64,000 nucleotides of DNA from Tubiluchus corallicola (taxonomy: Eukaryota; Animalia; Priapulida). The notes under the pieces were generated by a model. The model searched no databases, was not told where the DNA came from, and saw nothing but the letters and a program-made list of their open reading frames with translations. Location of the stretch: the NCBI GenBank assembly GCA_030141605.1, contig JAQGDQ010002367.1:930001-994000 (forward strand), written 5' to 3'. The position numbers were made by a program, and so were the translations under genes. Positions 1 to 12,840 of the stretch are shown here, one piece after another; position 1 is the stretch's first letter; the number at the start of each line of letters is the position of its first letter.

Positions 1-860
1 AAAGAGAATGGCTGTTTTAGAATAATATATTTAAAAGAAATTACATCATTTACCTTTGGATGAGTTATTGTTATATGATAATAACTTCAAAGAAGTGATA
101 TTGAAAAATCCTTCCAACTTCATTCACCAGTACATTTCGGTTATTGATTAACCCGAGAAATTGAAAAACGCATTGCCAAAAGCTCCTCAACAAAAGTAGC
201 ATCTGCATTAGAAATTTTATGCTTCTTGATCATTCTCAGTAGGCATGCAGAATGCAGCCTGACGGTTTCATTGAATTAGTTCTATGTTAGCTTCGTGTCA
301 AACCGGAATTATAATATTTAATGAATAATACATGAAAAATAACGTATCAGCCCCTAGGAATCAACATGTTTATTGAGCGTATACTATTGTTTCGAATATC
401 ATGGCCATTTTCAGTACTATAAATCGAGCCAAAAAAGGAATAATTAGTATATCGACAATACTAATATATAAAAGTTCAAAATGACATTACAAATTCACTA
501 GATTGGAATTTAAATTGTCAAAATAAACTTGGATGTAAATAGAAGAAATTGTAATAAAAATATAAAAAATGTTTGTCTTATATATGAGATTCAAAAAAGA
601 TCATAACACGGTAATGTTAATTCGTAATGACATTTTGTGCCTTTATATTTTAGTATCCTACTAAAATCTGTCGTTGTACTAATTATTTCTTTTTTGGTTT
701 TATTTATAGTATTGAAAATGGCCATTATAGCTGAAACGATCATCTACGCTCAATAAACATGTTAATGATTAATAGATTTCTACTAGGTGTGTTCATCTAG
801 AAGCCAACTGTTAATTACATAACCATTAATCGTTAAATAATTATCATATCATTGTTTTAG

Positions 861-1039
861 GTTACAGAGGCTGGGACTGCACTGATTCTAGTCACGCTTT
901 AACAGACGGTCAGCTCATAGCTAATACGTTACTACTTACATTGAGTAATTTGTTTTTCATACCAGCTGTGATACTAGCCATCTACAGGAAGTACTACACT
1001 GAAGCACTGGTTTACTTTGTCACCATGTTTTTCTCAACG
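861..1039 (+). CDS. TMEM8: TMEM8/PGAP6-family membrane protein, internal exon (end of EGF-like domain plus first TM helices); upstream exons lie outside the window
   Basis: ttttag|GT acceptor and ACG|gtaaga donor; encodes GYRGWDCTD...[14 protein letters not shown]...[13 protein letters not shown], matching the TMEM8 GW.CTD / LTLSNL.F.P signature. Confidence 0.92.
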
Positions 1040-2378
1040 GTAAGAACTAAGAATTTCATAATGCATGAAACATTCATAATACATTCATGTATTTCTCGAA
1101 GTTTCTGTAATAATACTAATTAGATTGACATAGTATTTTAGTTCAATTTAAGAATTGTATTATAGTTTACTATAATTACTATATATTATATGTATAGAGT
1201 TTCCTTTTTTGTTACTTGGAAATTCATACTTATTTTTAATTTGACAAAAGAAATGTTAGTTCAGTAGTTTTGTTTGTTTGTTTTTCATTCTATATTTATA
1301 GCTCGCAGTCTATATGTAATCATTATAAAAATGATTATGTCGACATTATAGTACTTATAGTATGTCTTAAACGCCCTTGCATTTTTGTTAAACTTTGCGA
1401 CAACGTAAATCACTTTTAAGAGCACATTGTCATAGTTAGACTAATTCCTCTATTGTACATACTGTTTTATTATGATGATTTATGTGTCAAGTAATGTTTA
1501 AAGCACAAGAAAACACTCTTCGTAGATAAAGTTTTAAAAAATTCGCTTTGAAATTTTATATTACTTACATGCTGCCTTACTGCATAAACAGCTTGCATTA
1601 GCAGTAACACGTATAAAACTTGTGTATTTAAACTCCCACAGTGACCTTTAAGCGTAGTCATTTGATGGTAAGTCATTTGGAATAAGTTCAGATAATATTG
1701 CGTAAAGTTTTAAAAAATAATCGGAGCATTCGTAGCACATTCTTCACTAACTAAGAAAAGGTTTTATAACTTAACTTTAATATAATTACTTTATATTTTT
1801 AATAAGATCAATAATGTGTTTTTTGCTGAGTGAGAATTATTAAGAATTTTCTTTTCTAATTATGTAAGTCTTTCAAATAGGTAAGCATCATGCAAAGTAA
1901 TATAACTTTGTGTGGGAAGTTTTTTGGGACATACTTTAAAATAACCTTTTTCCCCGTTAACTAATATTATATAAGTAAATAAATGCAGTTCACGTCAATG
2001 CTAGTATAGTTTTTCACTTTCTCTTCCCAACCGACAATGCATCAAAAATTTAGCTGTTTGTTAAAATTGATTTTTTTAACAATTGTTATGTTTTGGGTTA
2101 CGTAAAAGCAGGACATTGTGGTTTGTTCAAAAAACATTATTGACTGAAGTTTCTATAATAAACTTTAAATTCACATTATAATTCATGTTAATAAACTAAA
2201 ACGTCCTGTTTTTATGCGAGCTGTTAACCAGCAATAAATACCAGATTTTTTCAGCAGGTTATGTTTTTTATATAATTGTACAAAGTTACAGTAAATGCTT
2301 AAATGCACTATGACTAACTAATTTAATAATTAATATCTGACCTTCTTTAAACTTAGATGATTTATGTCTGTTTTTCAG

Positions 2379-2639
2379 TTCTACCATGCTTGTGACGAAG
2401 ATGTGTATTACTACTGCCTCATGCGATACACTGTCTTACAGTTCTGTGATTTCTATGCTTCAATCATGTCATTCTGGGTAACTCTAATTGCCATGGCCAA
2501 ACTCAACTGGACATTGCGGTCACTTTGTCACATGTTAGCGGCTATATGCATTGCCCTAGGTGTAGCGTATGACCGCACAGGTCTGTGGGTGTTTGTGGTA
2601 CCGGCTGGTGCTGGATTAGGAATTATGTTGACATCGTGG
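2379..2639 (+). CDS. TMEM8: TMEM8/PGAP6-family internal exon (CREST SxxxH and D motifs)
   Basis: tttcag|TTC...TGG|gtaagt, 87 codons, phase 0; FYHACD...LQFCDF...SFWVTLIAMA. Confidence 0.93.
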
Positions 2640-2971
2640 GTAAGTAAAACTGATTTTGCAGGATCAAATGTCATAGAATCATAAGACCGGTGACATAAAG
2701 TCACTTTTTATCTTTGTTTAAAAATATGTGAATTAATCTCACCATTTTTTGTAATAACAGTTATTGATTCTCTCAGTAGCTATTCATTTTATTTATAAAT
2801 GAAAAATAGTTTTCTTTCTCATGTTTTGAGAAATTCACAGTCATTACACCTGCTTTTATAAAATGGTTTATTGCTTCAATAGCTTCAGTTGTACTTGTTG
2901 TCTAGTTGTATTTTAATCACCATTTTAAGCAGGTGTTATTTCATTGTGACGTAGGTGTCCATTGGTCTGCA

Positions 2972-5665
2972 CATAGGTTAGTTAGGTCTTGTCTAGCCAT
3001 CACTCGGCATTCAGGTTACTTAGGCTTTGTCCAGCCATCAGTCTGTAGTTAGATCAGTTAGGCCTTGTTCAACTGTCAGTCGGCAGCTAGATCAGTTAGA
3101 CCTTGTCCACTCAGCAGTCAGGGTTCTTAGGCTTTGTCCAGCCATCAGTCGGCAGTTAGATCAGTTAGGCCTTGTCCAGCTATCAGTCGGCAGTTAGATC
3201 AGTTAGGCCTTGTTCAACAATCAGTCGGTAGCTAGATCAGTTAGGCTTTGTCCAGCCATCAGTCGGCAATTAGTTCAGTTAGGCCATGTCCACCCACCAC
3301 TCGGCATTCAGGTTACTTAGGCTTTGTCCAATCATCAATCTGCAGTTAGATCAGTTAGGCCTTGTTCAACAATCATTCGGCAGGTAGATCAGTTAGGCCT
3401 TGCCCAGCCATCAGTCAGCAGTTAGATCAGTTAGGCCTTGTTCAACAATCAGTCGGCAGCTAGATCAGTTAGGCTTTGTCCAGCCATCAGTCGGCAGTTA
3501 GTTCAGTTAGGCCATGTCCACCCACCACTCGGCATTCAGGTTACTTAGGCTTTGTCCAATCATCAATCTGCAGTTAGATCAGTTAGGCCTTGTTCAACAA
3601 TCATTCGGCAGGTAGATCAGTTAGGCCTTGCCCAGCCATCAGTCAGCAGTTAGATCAGTTAGGCCTTGTTCAACAATCAGTCGGTAGCTAGATCAGTTAG
3701 GCCTTGTGCAGCCGTCAGTCGGCAGCTAGGTCAGTTAGGCTTCGTCCAGCTATCAGTCGGCAGCTAGATCACTTAGGCCTTGTTCAACAATCAGTCAGCA
3801 GCTAGGTCAGTTAGGCTTTGTCCAGCCATCACTCAGCAGTTAGATCAGTTAGGCTTTGTCCAGCCATCAGTCGGCAGTTAGATCAGTTAGGCCTTGTTCA
3901 ACAATCTGTCAGCAGCTAGGTCAGTTAGGCTTTGTCCAGCCATCACTCAGCAGTTAGATCAGTTAGGCTTTGTCCAGCTATCAGTCGGCAGTTAGATCAG
4001 TTAGGCCTTGTTCAACAATCTGTCAGCAGCTAGATCAGTTAGGCTTTGTCCAGTCGGCAGCTAGATCAGTTAAGCCTTGTCCAACCATCACTCAGCAGTT
4101 AGATCAGTTAGGCTTTGTCCAGCCATCAGTCGGCAGCTAGATCAGTTGGCCTTGTCCAGCCCAGTCAGCAGTTAGATCAGTTAGGCCTTGTTCAACAATC
4201 TGTCAGCAGCTAGATCAGTTAGGCTTTGTCCAGTCATCAGTCGGCAGCTAGATCAGTTAGGCCTTGTCCAGCCATCAGTCGGCAGCTAGATCAGTTAGGC
4301 CTTGTCCAGCCATCAGTCGGCAGTTAGATCAGTTAGGCCTTGTCCAGCCATCAGTCGGCAGTTAGATCAGTTAGGCCTTGTCCAGCCATCAGTCAGCAGT
4401 TAGATCAGTTAGGCCTTGTTCAACAATCAGTCGGTAGCTAGATCAGTTAGGCTTTGTCCAGCCATCAGTCGACAATTAGTTCAGTTAGGCCATGTCCACC
4501 CACCACTCGGCATTCAGGTTACTTAGGCTTTGTCCAATCATCAATCTGCAGTTAGATCAGTTAGGCCTTGTTCAACACTCATTCGGCAGGTAGATCAGTT
4601 AGGCCTTGCCCAGCCATCAGTCAGCAGTTAGATCAGTTAGGCCTTGTTCAACAATCAGTCGGCAGCTAGATCAGTTAGGCTTTGTCCAGCCATCAGTCGG
4701 CAGTTAGTTCAGTTAGGCCATGTCCACCCACCACTCGGCATTCAGGTTACTTAGGCTTTGTCCAATCATCAATCTGCAGTTAGATCAGTTAGGCCTTGTT
4801 CAACAATCATTCGGCAGGTAGATCAGTTAGGCCTTGCCCAGCCATCAGTCAGCAGTTAGATCAGTTAGGCCTTGTTCAACAATCAGTCGGTAGCTAGATC
4901 AGTTAGGCCTTGTGCAGCCGTCAGTCGGCAGCTAGGTCAGTTAGGCTTTGTCCAGCTATCAGTCGGCAGCTAGATCACTTAGGCCTTGTTCAACAATCAG
5001 TCAGCAGCTAGGTCAGTTAGGCTTTGTCCAGCCATCACTCAGCAGTTAGATCAGTTAGGCTTTGTCCAGCCATCAGTCGGCAGTTAGATCAGTTAGGCCT
5101 TGTTCAACAATCTGTCAGCAGCTAGGTCAGTTAGGCTTTGTCCAGCCATCACTCAGCAGTTAGATCAGTTAGGCTTTGTCCAGCTATCAGTCGGCAGTTA
5201 GATCAGTTAGGCCTTGTTCAACAATCTGTCAGCAGCTAGATCAGTTAGGCTTTGTCCAGTCGGCAGCTAGATCAGTTAAGCCTTGTCCAACCATCACTCA
5301 GCAGTTAGATCAGTTAGGCTTTGTCCAGCCATCAGTCGGCAGCTAGATCAGTTGGCCTTGTCCAGTCAGCAGTTAGATCAGTTAGGCCTTGTTCAACAAT
5401 CTGTCAGCAGCTAGATCAGTTAGGCTTTGTCCAGCCATCAGTCGGCAGCTAGATCAGTTAGGCCTTGTCCAGCCATCAGTCGGCAGCTAGATCAGTTAGG
5501 CCTTGTCCAGCCATCAGTCGGCAGTTAGGTCAGTTAGGCTTTGTCCAGCCATCAGTCGGCAGTTAGATCAGTTAGGCCTTGTCCAGCCATCAGTCAGCAG
5601 TTAGGTCAGTTAGGCTTTGTCCAGCCATCAGTCGGCAGTTAGATCAGTTAGGCCTTTTCCAGCTA
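2972..5665. repeat. 38-bp minisatellite array (about 70 units) in a TMEM8 intron, with higher-order repeats
   Basis: Consensus AGTTAGATCAGTTAGGCCTTGTCCAGCCATCAGTCGGC; diagnostic variant AGGCCATGTCCACCCACCAC recurs at 3281, 3509, 4487 and 4715. Confidence 0.97.
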
Positions 5666-6643
5666 GTCATTTATTATCATAGTGACTAGGGTGTCACTTA
5701 AGTGCAGTGAATCGCACTTGTCTACAAGTTAGACCATAATGTTCTCCTAATGGATAATTACGTTAGTCATTCTCGTCAATCATGCACCAGAAAAACCATC
5801 TGGAAAGTTCCCTAATTCTTATTATAGGCACTTATGCAGCTAATGAAATGAGAGAAATTCTTTACTTTATTAGACAAAGTTAGACATTATATAGGGCAAA
5901 ACCCATTTTTTAAAAAAATAACGATCTTGACATTAACTATACTAAATGAATTGACAATTGAAATCATCATCCCTGGCTTAGAAGGACTTCACTTGAAATA
6001 GAACTTCACTTGACTTCACTTGACTATCAGCTAAGACTGGCTTGTCACTTTTAATGCACAAAGTTTTGACAAAGCTTTTGTTGTCTTCTTACCATCACAA
6101 TAAGTACTTGCTTACTTTAAATATGAGTCTATTATCTCTTTCTTGAACTGCTTCTATCCATTGTTTGATTTTGCCTTGTGTTTTGATCCTAGATGGCAGA
6201 AGTATTTTTCAAAAGTAAGAACACACTGAAGGAAGTTAGGCAATGTATCGTGCTCAAAAACGTCTAATAGTCAGGTCTGATTTGGGTCAAGCCTCAATCA
6301 AAGTCAAGTGTTACATTAAACTTCTTTTTTATATGCTACTTTAGTGGAAGGTGCTCTAAGAATCTCTCATCATTTTTGCGATGCATATGACCATTCATCC
6401 CCACAAATGACAAATTATTAAAAATCTTTGTTACTTTGCAAGAAACAATATTTCTTTTTTAACTGCGGGCTTTGAATATGTAAAGTAGATTCTGCATCTG
6501 TATGTATGTGGCATATGTATATGTATTATACTGAACACTGAAGAGCCTGAGTAATTACAGTAAATATATATATATATATACTCCTCTTATTGGCTACACA
6601 ATTTACTAAGATTTTTCATCAGTATATTGTGATGTTTTTACAG

Positions 6644-6934
6644 GGATTCAAGTGCTATAGGCAAAAGGCGTGCTATCCTAACCGATGTCAGTATTTGTTA
6701 CTTCTACCCGGTGTGGCACTAGCTGGTACTGGACTAATCATCTTCGCTTTTGTGGAGACTGAGAATAACTATCAGTATGTTCATAGCGCTTGGCACATTC
6801 TCATGGCCACCTGCATTCTCTTCATGCTTCCTGAGAACGATAAAAAGACGGTTGCTAGCAATCAATCGTCTGCCGAGGAGTTGACCGCCGACATCTCCAA
6901 TACGGACATGGCTAGTTTACTAGAGGATAAATGA
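6644..6934 (+). CDS. TMEM8: TMEM8/PGAP6-family last coding exon (HxxWH motif), ending at a leaky-context TGA
   Basis: ttacag|GGA acceptor, phase 0; CYP...LLPG...ETENNYQYVHSAWHILMA...LP; TGA at 6932-6934. Confidence 0.92.
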   Translation, partial: GFKCYRQKACYPNRCQYLLLLPGVALAGTGLIIFAFVETENNYQYVHSAWHILMATCILFMLPENDKKTVASNQSSAEELTADISNTDMASLLEDK

Positions 6935-7105
6935 CAATTAGTTGAATATAGGCCCCTTAGACATAGTCACAGTTCAGCGCTGACAATGGTTGCTGGTACA
7001 AGTCAATCAGACATGGCTGATACGAACCGAAACAGTGCTGACACTGATGTTGTAAGCTTGACCATTTCTCTTCCCATTGACAATAATGTAGTGGGAGAGT
7101 CTTAG
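6935..7105 (+). other. Candidate stop-codon readthrough extension of TMEM8 (56 sense codons, then TAG)
   Basis: TGA-CAA-TTA context; open in-frame QLVEYRPLRHSHSSALTMVAGTSQSDMADTNRNSADTDVVSLTISLPIDNNVVGES*; 14-bp stem 6943-6956/7162-7175. Confidence 0.7.
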
Positions 7106-7430
7106 TCAGTAGTCAAGGCTATTTCAATAACCAGCTTAATACAAGAGGTAAGATCTTGTTTGGGGCCTATATTCACAATTAGGAATGTAAATTTAGGAAA
7201 TAAATTCAATTATGTGAATAATCAGTCTGTAGTAAAGAATCAGTTGTAATAGCTGAGATATTTTTATCAGAGGTGTTATGCAATCATGTGTTTTTGCATA
7301 TGCAATTTTACTATTGTTGTGGTGGCAGACTGGCTTACACAGTCATGTGTTAATTAGCAATTTAAAAAAACATAAATTTTATCATTAATTCAAAAGTCAA
7401 GTAACAAGTTGAATGCTAGTGATTTTAATG

Positions 7431-7592
7431 GTGCCTTTAGATGTAGCGACTTCTTTCGCAATCTCTCTGAGAGTAAAGTTGCAACATGTGAAAGATTTGG
7501 CAACTTGTTGCAACATGTGAACGGCTTGGCAACTTCTCACAGAGGGAAGTTGTGCAACAAGCTGCGAGAGAAGTCTCTACCTCTGAACACGC
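7431..7592. mobile_element. Small palindromic MITE-like element in the presumed TMEM8 3' UTR
   Basis: Imperfect inverted repeat TTAGATGTAGCGACTTCTTTCGCA vs reverse complement TCAGAGGTAGAGACTTCTCTCGCA; internal GTTGCAACATGTGAA duplicated. Confidence 0.55.
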
Positions 7593-8997
7593 TATAAACT
7601 TTACTGTTTTCACACACAGTTTTTTTTAGTGTTAACTGAGCTTATAAAAATAATTCCTCAGAGAATTGCAGCACTTGTAAAATTCTACGGAACGTTTAGT
7701 TGGTTTTGTTTTTTTGTTTTTTTTTGTTGGCAGTGTAAGCTTACTAACATTAGTATTCAGAACTTCACTTGCTCCTTTTAAGAATAAATCTTGTATATAC
7801 AATTTACTGTATATATTGTACATAAAAACATTCAAACATTTTAACTGCGATCATACTCATGATTACGTTTTATGCCAAAGAAGCGAAAAATATGCTAAAC
7901 CGTCTTGCCCACTGCCAAATTATTTAAATTGTTGTGTTCAGATAGTACACATGCTGTCAACTTTGCAATTTTGCCAAATTTTATTGTAAGTTTAATAAAC
8001 CTGTAGCCAAATTAGAAATCACAAATCATAATTTTTCCAGTCCAGTGGTACATTTTAAAGAGAAATAATATGGATATGATGAAGCTTCCATATCTTTCTA
8101 ATGTATAAAAACACTGCCAGTCAAAATTGTGAACTAGTCATCCTTACAAAGGTCTAATGATAGTGCTGGAAAACTTACCTTAAGTTTTTTATTAATCAAT
8201 CAGAGTATCAAATTAGATGTGGGCATGCATGCATGATAAGTATGCATATTTGTTGAGTAGTTATTAATGAATAATGAATAGGTGATGCTTATGATTCAGA
8301 TAAGTTTATACAATTCAATTAGACACGCTTTTTTGTGCAAGAACTCATTAAGGTCTTAGTGTATTCTTGAACTTATTTTGCAGATTCTTTTACATCTAAT
8401 GCTATATGTATAACAAAGAGATTATACTTAAAATTTGAAATCATTGTAGACATACTTTATTTAACATTATACAGTCATTTATACCTAGCATTTGTGGTGC
8501 TATTTCAGAAAAATCATTTTGCTGTTTTTTTTCATAATTTTTTTCTACCACAGTTTATAACCCATATAGAAAACACTTCCTTGCAGCAACATGAAGTTAG
8601 ATTATATGTTGTGCGTGTGGATTTTCACACTCAGATTTTTAGACTTTTCTATGTCATGCAGCTAAGGATGTAGCTTTTATTAAAAGTTACTGACATTAAA
8701 TAATCTAATGATTTTCTGTTCTGATTGCACTGCCTGTTACGAAATCACTGTTTTGCTTTGTTATTTAAAAATAGCTTTTTTTAAGATGAATGAGTCAAAA
8801 CGTACGTTCCTTGGGATGTTTCTCATTTTATTTTGACTAGCCCTCTAGTCAGTGCAATTCCCACTTTAAAAATGTGTTTTTTGTTTTTATATCTGAGATG
8901 AATTCATGTCTTGAAAGCTTCCTGTGGACAACTTTGCACAGTTAATTTACAGTTATCAAAACATTGTCATCTTTTTTCATCACTATTGTCAATATTG

Positions 8998-9023
8998 TCA
9001 TCATCATCATCATCATCATCATC
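8998..9023. repeat. (TCA)n microsatellite
   Basis: Direct reading of tcatcatca... run. Confidence 0.9.
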
Positions 9024-12000
9024 AATGAAACTGCTACCAAAGATTTGTGTATTAGGTCTCTTAACTGAGTTTTGGCTTCAAAGAAAACTTTGTACACGAG
9101 AGAGCTAATTGTAGTCAAGTATATTTGTTATATTTTAGGCAATCGTTTCGTTTAGATATTTTTTACTTTAACACTATTTAGTTAATAAATGAAGATTATT
9201 TATGTTACCCCTACATACCTTTCTTTATTTTGTACTATTATTGATTTTGTGTCAATTACAGCAAGTACACGTCACTTATTTGCATTAAACTATTTAAGTT
9301 TATAAGTTTAATATCAGTTTTTGCTTTTACAAGCTCCTCCTTCTTAGCCTTACTACTGTTATGCACAGGAAAAGATGCAGCCCTTGTTTGCTACATTGTT
9401 GCTCACATGTGATCATGCACATGCAAATTAGTGTTGTCTTTTTGGAGTGCTTTATAATATAATAACAGTCTTGTATTAATGAATACGTACATTCCAATGT
9501 ATTGTTTGTCTTCTACAGTCTACATTTTATTACTTGCTGAAATTAAGACCTATCAGTTATATTAGTGTGTCTGACACTTTTGTTGTGACATTTTTGTTTC
9601 CACAACTCATCGTATTGTATTTTTTGTTATTCTTCCCTGATTCGTTACTTCACAACCACCGTACACACAAAACAGAATCAGAAATTTTCTATATACTGCT
9701 AACAAAATTATAAAAATTTAATGGAATTTCAACTAGTCTGGCATGAAAAAATGAGATCATTTTACATAGGTTAGTTACATTGTGATTAATAACTTTGTGA
9801 ACTCAACAAATGAGATCTGTTTGTGTAATAGGCCTATATGTTTAGCTCAATTATAATAATAGGTTGCACGTTTATGAATTCTTTTAAACTAATTATTATA
9901 CATTATAATACTTTGATGCACAATCGTTTTTTCATTATGGTAATAACTTGTGTAAAAGTGTGAAAGACTGAATGTTTGTATATACATGTAAGTGCAATAC
10001 ATGAACTTAAAAAGTAAAGAACTTTTGTTTACTTAATAAGTTAGTCAGTTAAAATGGGCAGTGACTGTCCATGTCATGATTGTGTTTAAGCTTTGAATGC
10101 ATTATAGTCTTTCATGGTATACATACATGTATTAATTTATAGTAGTCAACTGTAACTATTTTCGAATGGTTAAATTACGTTGTTTCAATATAAAATGTTT
10201 TTGTGCAATATAAAAGGGCGTTCGAATCCCATGTGCAGAATACCTTTTTTCATCGTAAAGAATAGGTATCATTGAACGTTTAGTTCTACTACTCGTGTTA
10301 TAGAAAATTTATTACCTATGGCTGTATCGTAACATTTTTTGAATGTCTGCGTGTTAATAAAGTAGTCTATATAAATTTGATAAATCATAACTTTTGATTA
10401 GTGCTACTTTACTATCTAAATCAGAGATCGTGAGCAGTATTTTCAAATGAATTTAACGTGAAAGAAGCTGTAACTCAGTAATTAATCATATTAATTACAG
10501 ATTCTTTCATCATTAAAAGAATATAATAAAAAGGGTGTGGCGAGGAAGTCGTGAAAAGCTCACTTCTGATACCTTTCTAATGTCAAACATAGAACGTTAC
10601 GCTGTCCAACAGCGCTTTGTAATGTCCCCCATCATTATTGCACATGGGAGCACAGTCAGGTAACATAACTCCCTAGGCCTTGGTCTCTAAACATATTCAA
10701 AGATTTCAATTAGAGTGATACGTACTAAGCACATTTAATACCTAGTTCACACGGTTTTTTCAAAAGATTGACATTCAAAGCACTGATTATGTGTACACGA
10801 TCAGTTTTCACTGATAATTACGTATACTTTCAAATAACTATTTGTCGAAGGGGTGTTCTTTAACTTTTTATCATTTCCGAAATAGCGTCAAAAGACCAAA
10901 ACAGCTTGTATGAAAACGAGCTTTGTTTTAGCTTATGCTTGCAAAGCGAAATCAAAGAAAAAAGACTTCAGCAAAGAAACGAAACAAGAAATTAGCATCA
11001 AATTTTGGGAACTAAAAGCAAAAGCACAAACGAATTTTAATTATATTGGGATAACACAAAGTAATTACTGGACAAATTTCACCTCTAAATAAAGCGAAAG
11101 GAATAGATTGTCAAGGCACCATAGCGTGCAAGTTAGTCGCCGAAGTACAACAGGTCTATAAAATGTACACTCACGAAAATTTCGGCACTCACGCACTTAC
11201 AAAATGTAATTTATGCAGTAGCTTTTTGTTAATAATTCATTGTTTTTTTGTGACATTGCACTTTACACAACCGTTATCAAAGGGCTCTTTTAGCCGAGTC
11301 ACCAGCCCGCATTAATGTTACCTGTTCATTCCGAAAATTTATGACGGACACTGACGAAAATCAAGACCAGTTTGATTAAAATTTTACTGTCATTCTTGGT
11401 GTCCACGCGGCCACTTCAACCCTGACAAACTCGAGAATGACTGTTTTGAATGACCGTGAAGACGGCCTATTAATACTCTGGGTCTACCATACTTTATAAA
11501 GCAACCTATATCTGAAATAATTATGAGAGAGAGAGAGCTCTCCTGAGACTTTTTTAAATATAAAAACGTATAAATAACGACCTGTTATTACCCACCCGAC
11601 TGATATGTGGGTAGGGTGTTTAGCCGCGTTTGTGTGTTTGACTATCTGTCCACAAAATGAGCTCAATGAAACAGATGAAGCGTTAAAGCTGGAACAGAGA
11701 TAGATCTAAAGTGGTCAAATATTCGGCTCGCAAGTCAAACAATTTCAAAATAAAAAAAATTTCTATTTCATGCGAAGACGTGGGTCAATGAATCCATTTT
11801 AGTTTTTACATGAAGGGTTGAATGCCTTCGGTTTAGACAAATAACAAAGCAGAATAAACACTGTCTTTTTCTTCCCTTTATTAAAAGAGGAAAGGAAACA
11901 CAGTTTATATACTATTTTTATTTATTTTTAGTCACGTCTGAAACCTCATTGTAAGACACTAGACTCATTTAAGTGGTAATTAAAAAAAGTTGTATACTAA

Positions 12001-12679
12001 AGTCAGCAAGTCATAAATTTTTTAACAGCTTTTAATCTTAGGAAACAATTATGAGTCTGATAATATATTGCAACGCTATTTTTTAGATTGTTACTTGAAA
12101 TAGTATACTAGGAAACTGTACCGAAGGCTGTTTTACTTTTGCAATTTGTTTGCGACAACAATGATGTCACAATGACAATGGTGATACCGTGATGGTGACG
12201 ACGATGACAGCGATTAGCCCATTTATAATAATAAGTTTATTACAACTAAACACTGTCTTACATAAAAACTGTAAAATATAAAGAAATTAATATACTTTTA
12301 ATAACCTATTTAAAAAACGCACAATAATAAACAGTGAATGTGACGCAGTCAATGAGCTAAAGAAAAAAGTTTAAATAAATAAATAAACTCTGATTTGCAT
12401 TCTGGTAAGGGTAAATGATAATAATATTTTCACGTAATCACTGTAGGCAAATAATATATCTGTGAGTGCAGTGATGTGGCAATCGACCATGGATTATTAT
12501 ATTATTTGGATTTTGAACTGATAAGAACAACCTTTGCAATATTTTTCGCGGCAGGCAAATAAAGGCTGAAGATTAGCCAACATTAGAACATAATTTAATT
12601 ACATCTGCCACTGCTAACTACTATAATGGCATCATTTTGGTTTTCGTAGCTAAAAAATCACACGCGCTGAAATTTATAA

Positions 12680-12840
12680 AGTCTCCGCCATCGATGCTGT
12701 TACCCCCGCATGTTTTTGGGGGTTTTATTTATATAGGTCCGCCCCGGATTGCTGCCGCCGTCTTCGCAATATTTTCTATAGTTGAAGCCACTCGCTCTAC
12801 CGATACACGCACACGCATATCGATCGTCAGTTTGCCAGGT
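12680..12840 (+). promoter_or_regulatory. Putative core promoter (likely of the FBXL2/20 gene)
   Basis: Locally CpG-richer island with GC box CCGCCC (~12739), DRE-like ATATCGATC and Inr-like TCAGTT (12827-12832); assignment to the FBXL gene is inference. Confidence 0.4.

Noticed and set aside
2972-5665. CRISPR-like regular repeat array
   Set aside because: Units are head-to-tail with no unique spacers, in a eukaryotic intron with no cas genes; it is a minisatellite.
6932-6934. TGA as selenocysteine
   Set aside because: It lies in a non-catalytic tail after the conserved domain and I could not identify a SECIS by eye. CARYYA plus a proximal stem fits near-cognate readthrough better. A SECISearch run would settle it.
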